DNA from: Chloroflexota bacterium
Lineage (GTDB): Bacteria > Chloroflexota > Chloroflexia > Chloroflexales > Chloroflexaceae
Assembly (NCBI GenBank): GCA_013388805.1
Contig: JACAEO010000392.1
Span: 1 to 48,357, forward strand
Direction: 5' to 3'
DNA length: 48,357 bases
Shown: in pieces, positions 45,136 through 48,357 of the stretch
Position numbering within the stretch: position 1 is the first letter of the stretch
Layout: each line of letters starts with the position of its first letter
The notes under the pieces: generated by a model
What the model saw: only the letters and a program-made list of their open reading frames with translations
Told to the model about the DNA's origin: nothing
Database searches by the model: none
Made by a program: the position numbers and the translations under genes

Positions 45136-48100
45136 GTGGCTTCGCGCACCATCAAACTGCTGGTTGTCCTCGGCCTGTTCACCCTTACATTCAGTATCGC
45201 TGGTCCGCGGGCAGTCACCTCGCCGGTGGCTGCCCAGCGTGGGCTTGAGTTGCCGGCCTACCGCGCCCTGGTGCAGGCAGCCGACCAGGCGAGTTGGGCC
45301 GACCCGGGGCGCAGCGCGCCTGGCGCGCACGTGGCAGCCCTGGTGCAGCTCGATCTGCCGCCGCTGGCGGTGGTCGGTCACGAGTGGAGCCACGCCCGGC
45401 GGCTGGAGTATGTCCGGCAGGTCGCCGCCGAGCAGCGGCGGGTCGCTGCCGAGGTGCAGGCGCTGGGTGGCACGGTGCTCGCCGGGTTCACCCACGCCGC
45501 TGCGGGGCTGGCCGTGGCCGTCGAGGCCGCTACCGCCCCGGCCCTGCGCGATCTGCCCGGGGTTGCCGCGGTGGTGCAGGTGAGTGACTATGCCGTTGAC
45601 CAGGGCGCCCCCGGGCCGGCGACGGCGACGCTGGCCGAGCTCTCGGCGCTGATCGGCGCCGATGCAGTTCGCGAACTCGGCAACGATGGCGCGGGGATCG
45701 ATATCGCGATCGTTGACTCCGGCATTGACTACACCCATGTAAAGCTGGGTGGCAGCGGCTCGCTCGCTGACTACCGGCGCGCCGCCTGCGGCGATGCTGG
45801 CCTGGCGCCCGGCCAGCCCGGCTGCGACCCGAGCCGCCCCCCGCCGCCGGATCTCTTTCCCAACAGCAAGGTGCGTGGCGGCTTCGACTATCTGGGCGAT
45901 GTCTGGCCCAATCCCGACCCGCGCTGTGGTGAACTGGGCGTCTGCATCTTTTTTGACGCAAATCCGATCGATCTCGCCGGCCACGGGACCAGTGTGGCCG
46001 ATATCATGACCGGCCTGGCTACCCGGGCCGGCGGCGCCGATAGTGGCGTGGCCCCCGGCGCCAATCTGTGGGTCTACAAGGCGTGCAATGGCGACGCCGG
46101 CCTGTGCAACGGCGTTGCGCTGCTGCGGGCCCTGGATGCCGCCCTCGACCTCGATGGCTCGGATCGCGGCCTCTGCACGCCGGGCGTTACGCCGGGCTGC
46201 CGCGCGTATGACCCGGCCGATATCATCAACCTCTCGGTAAGTTTCAGCTATGGCCAGCCCGAGGATGCGCTCGTGCTCTTTGCCGATATCGCCAGCTACT
46301 ACGGCTCGCTGGTCGTAGCCTCGGCCGGCAATGACGGCGATCGACCATTCATCGTCGGCTCGCCCGCCGCGGCGGCGGCAGTGCTGGCAGTGGCCGAAAG
46401 CGCCCTGCCGGGCGCCACCGGCGATGAGCGCATCGCGGCCAGCGCCAGTCGTGGGCCGCGCATCGCCGACAATGGCGCCAAGCCCGACCTGGCGGCCCCC
46501 GGGGCGATCGCGTCGGCGCAGGCCGGCAGCGGCACGGAGGTGGCGCCATTCAGTGGCGCATCCGGCTCGGCGCCGGTGGCCGCAGGGGTGGCTGCCCTGA
46601 TCATCCAGCAACTGGAGCGGCTGGGGGTGATCGACGCGAACCCGGGGCTCGCCGATGCGCCGCAACTGCCGCTCTCGCTCGCGCCACTGGTCAAGTCGGT
46701 GCTGATGAACAGCGGCACCAGTCTGCTGAGCGCCGACGGGGCTGGTCCTGCGCCGATCACGCTGCAGGGGAGCGGGCGGCTGAACGCCCTGGCGGCGTTC
46801 CGCGGGCGCACCCTGGCCTGGGATGCCACCGCAATGGCCGAGTTGCTCGCTGCTGAGCCCGCGCTGCAGGGTTGTACGATCACGCCGCTGATCGACCTGC
46901 TTAACTACCTGTTCTTCCGCACACCGCCGCCGTGCGCAAGCGGCTATCCCTTCGGCAACCGGCTCTTCCGCGCCTGGAACGCGCAGGCCGGCAGCGTCTC
47001 CTTCGGCTATCAGCCTGTGGCCGTTCCGCAAACCCTGCAGCGGCAGGTGGTGGTGGTGAACTACGCGCGCTCGTCGCGGAGCTATACGCTTGGCACCAGC
47101 CTGCGCTTTGCCGAGGACATTGGGCGGGGGGTCAGCCTGAGCGTCAGCCCCGCGTCGCTGTACTTGCCGGGCAATGGCAGCGCCGTGGTGACGGTGACCG
47201 CGACGATCGACCCGCAACGCCTGCGCCCCTGGACGCTCAACGGCGGCGCGCTGGGCGCCACCGGCAGCGCCTCGTGCCCCTCGGAGCGCCCCGAAATAGA
47301 CTGCCCGAGCCTGACCCTGTTCGAGGTGGACGGCGTATTGGACATCGATGGTGGCGCGAACAATCAGGTCAGCGTGCCGATCCACGTCTTGCCGCGCCGG
47401 GTGGCCGAGGTCAGTGTCTCCCGCGTGCTCGAGCAGCGGGTGCTGCTCGCCAATCCGGCGCCCTTCACCCCTGGCCTGGTCGAGCCGTTCGCCCTGGTTG
47501 ATGTCAGCCCGAACAAGTGTGACCGGCTGGACGATGTGCCCTGTGAGAGTCTCGACTACATCGTGGGGGCACGCCCCGGCAGCGGCCAGAGCCCGGTTGA
47601 TCTGCGCTTCGTCGGGCTACGCAGCTACAGCGTGCCGGGGCTCAATGCGAGCCTCGGGCTCCCGGCAGCACCCGCGGGCGCGCTCCCCGACGAAGTCGTC
47701 GAGTTCGCCCTCACTGTCTACGACCGGCCCTTCCGCGCCTCGCCCAATGTGCCGCTGCGCTTTGAGGTGTATATCGACGCCAACCGCGATGGCGTGAGCG
47801 ACTACGTGGTCGCCAACGCGGATCTCGGCGGCGGGCGCGATGGGCGCAATGCCGTCTTTGTGCGTGCAGCCGGTACGCCTGGCCCCGGGCGGAGCTATTT
47901 CTTCACCGCGGCCGACGTCAATACTCAGAACTGGGTGTTGCCCGTGCCGGCGGCAGCGGTCGGCTTACGCAGCGACCAGCCCTTCAACTTCTACGTGCGG
48001 GCGCTCGACGCCTTCTTCCAGAGCAATGGCGTGCCGCAGCTCTGGGACTGCTCGCCCGCCCCCGCGCCGGCGTGTGGCGCCACCGCCCATACGATGCAGA

Positions 48101-48282
48101 CCGGGCAACTGCGCTTCCGCCCGGACGCGCGCGAGCTGAGCGTGCCGGCCGGCGGCAGCGCGCTGCTGGGCTTCAGTGAAGATGCGGGCGGTGTGACCGG
48201 CTCGCCCGCGCAGACTGGCCTGCTGCTGCTTTTCCGTGATGCGCTGCCCGAACGTGGCTCGGATGCCGTGATCCTGCGTTAG
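45136..48282 (+). CDS. Large secreted subtilisin-like (S8) serine protease
   Basis: GTG 45136 (VASRTIKLLVVLGLFTLTFSIAG, signal-peptide-like); the track start is 45088. Catalytic triad motifs AIVDSGIDYTH, GHGTSVA, SGASGSAPVAAG. About 550 aa of C-terminal extension. Confidence 0.85.
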   Translation: MASRTIKLLVVLGLFTLTFSIAGPRAVTSPVAAQRGLELPAYRALVQAADQASWADPGRSAPGAHVAALVQLDLPPLAVVGHEWSHARRLEYVRQVAAEQRRVAAEVQALGGTVLAGFTHAAAGLAVAVEAATAPALRDLPGVAAVVQVSDYAVDQGAPGPATATLAELSALIGADAVRELGNDGAGIDIAIVDSGIDYTHVKLGGSGSLADYRRAACGDAGLAPGQPGCDPSRPPPPDLFPNSKVRGGFDYLGDVWPNPDPRCGELGVCIFFDANPIDLAGHGTSVADIMTGLATRAGGADSGVAPGANLWVYKACNGDAGLCNGVALLRALDAALDLDGSDRGLCTPGVTPGCRAYDPADIINLSVSFSYGQPEDALVLFADIASYYGSLVVASAGNDGDRPFIVGSPAAAAAVLAVAESALPGATGDERIAASASRGPRIADNGAKPDLAAPGAIASAQAGSGTEVAPFSGASGSAPVAAGVAALIIQQLERLGVIDANPGLADAPQLPLSLAPLVKSVLMNSGTSLLSADGAGPAPITLQGSGRLNALAAFRGRTLAWDATAMAELLAAEPALQGCTITPLIDLLNYLFFRTPPPCASGYPFGNRLFRAWNAQAGSVSFGYQPVAVPQTLQRQVVVVNYARSSRSYTLGTSLRFAEDIGRGVSLSVSPASLYLPGNGSAVVTVTATIDPQRLRPWTLNGGALGATGSASCPSERPEIDCPSLTLFEVDGVLDIDGGANNQVSVPIHVLPRRVAEVSVSRVLEQRVLLANPAPFTPGLVEPFALVDVSPNKCDRLDDVPCESLDYIVGARPGSGQSPVDLRFVGLRSYSVPGLNASLGLPAAPAGALPDEVVEFALTVYDRPFRASPNVPLRFEVYIDANRDGVSDYVVANADLGGGRDGRNAVFVRAAGTPGPGRSYFFTAADVNTQNWVLPVPAAAVGLRSDQPFNFYVRALDAFFQSNGVPQLWDCSPAPAPACGATAHTMQTGQLRFRPDARELSVPAGGSALLGFSEDAGGVTGSPAQTGLLLLFRDALPERGSDAVILR

Positions 48283-48295
48283 AATAGGATCACGG
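48266..48295 (+). terminator. 10-bp hairpin spanning the S8 stop codon (possible terminator; no T-tract)
   Basis: CCGTGATCCT (48266-48275) pairs with AGGATCACGG (48286-48295), with a 10-nt loop containing the TAG stop. What follows is cut by the poly-G end. Confidence 0.3.
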
Positions 48296-48315
48296 CGTCC
48301 CCATCGTGAAGTTGT

Positions 48316-48357
<42 letters not shown>

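Overview
Very GC-rich bacterial DNA; only a few short intergenic islands are AT-rich. The window looks like a whole contig: it starts with 13 C and ends with 42 G, probably a sequencing/assembly artefact. I recognised no rRNA, tRNA, CRISPR array, transposase or integrase. Layout: (i) nt 105-6010 holds a five-gene complex-I / group-4 [NiFe]-hydrogenase-like membrane module: a NuoD/HycE-like subunit that keeps the four Ni-Fe ligand Cys positions, two antiporter-like subunits, a small membrane protein and a weak NuoH-like protein. It is cut by the contig edge and followed by an ABC ATPase plus membrane protein. (ii) nt 8.0-12.2 kb holds small accessory genes (TPR-like proteins, an XdhC pair, two orphan genes with a consensus promoter, a coiled-coil protein, MoaC), punctuated by two inverted 138-bp copies of a palindromic repeat. 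(iii) nt 12.4-31.4 kb is a dcw cluster mraZ-rsmH-ftsL-ftsI-murF-mraY-murD-[rhomboid]-ftsW-murG-[membrane protein]-murC-murB-ddl-ftsQ-ftsA-ftsZ, with a consensus promoter and three MraZ-box-like direct repeats but no murE. (iv) nt 31.4-48.3 kb holds an orphan perfect consensus promoter with a 15-bp hairpin and a possible small gene or RNA, an ACT-malic enzyme, xpt bracketed by two 108-nt structured direct repeats, a YugP-like peptidase, a nucleoside hydrolase, a DUF2064-like protein, PFOR with a PyrD-like partner, an enoyl-CoA hydratase, a GTDC1/DUF3524-type glycosyltransferase and a roughly 1048-aa S8 protease. The presence of ftsA, the sigma-70-type consensus promoters and the gene content fit a Chloroflexota-like organism, but that is only a guess. 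The best candidates for something undescribed are the nearly lysine-free hydrogenase-like module at the left edge, the two structured repeat families, and the orphan promoter unit after ftsZ.
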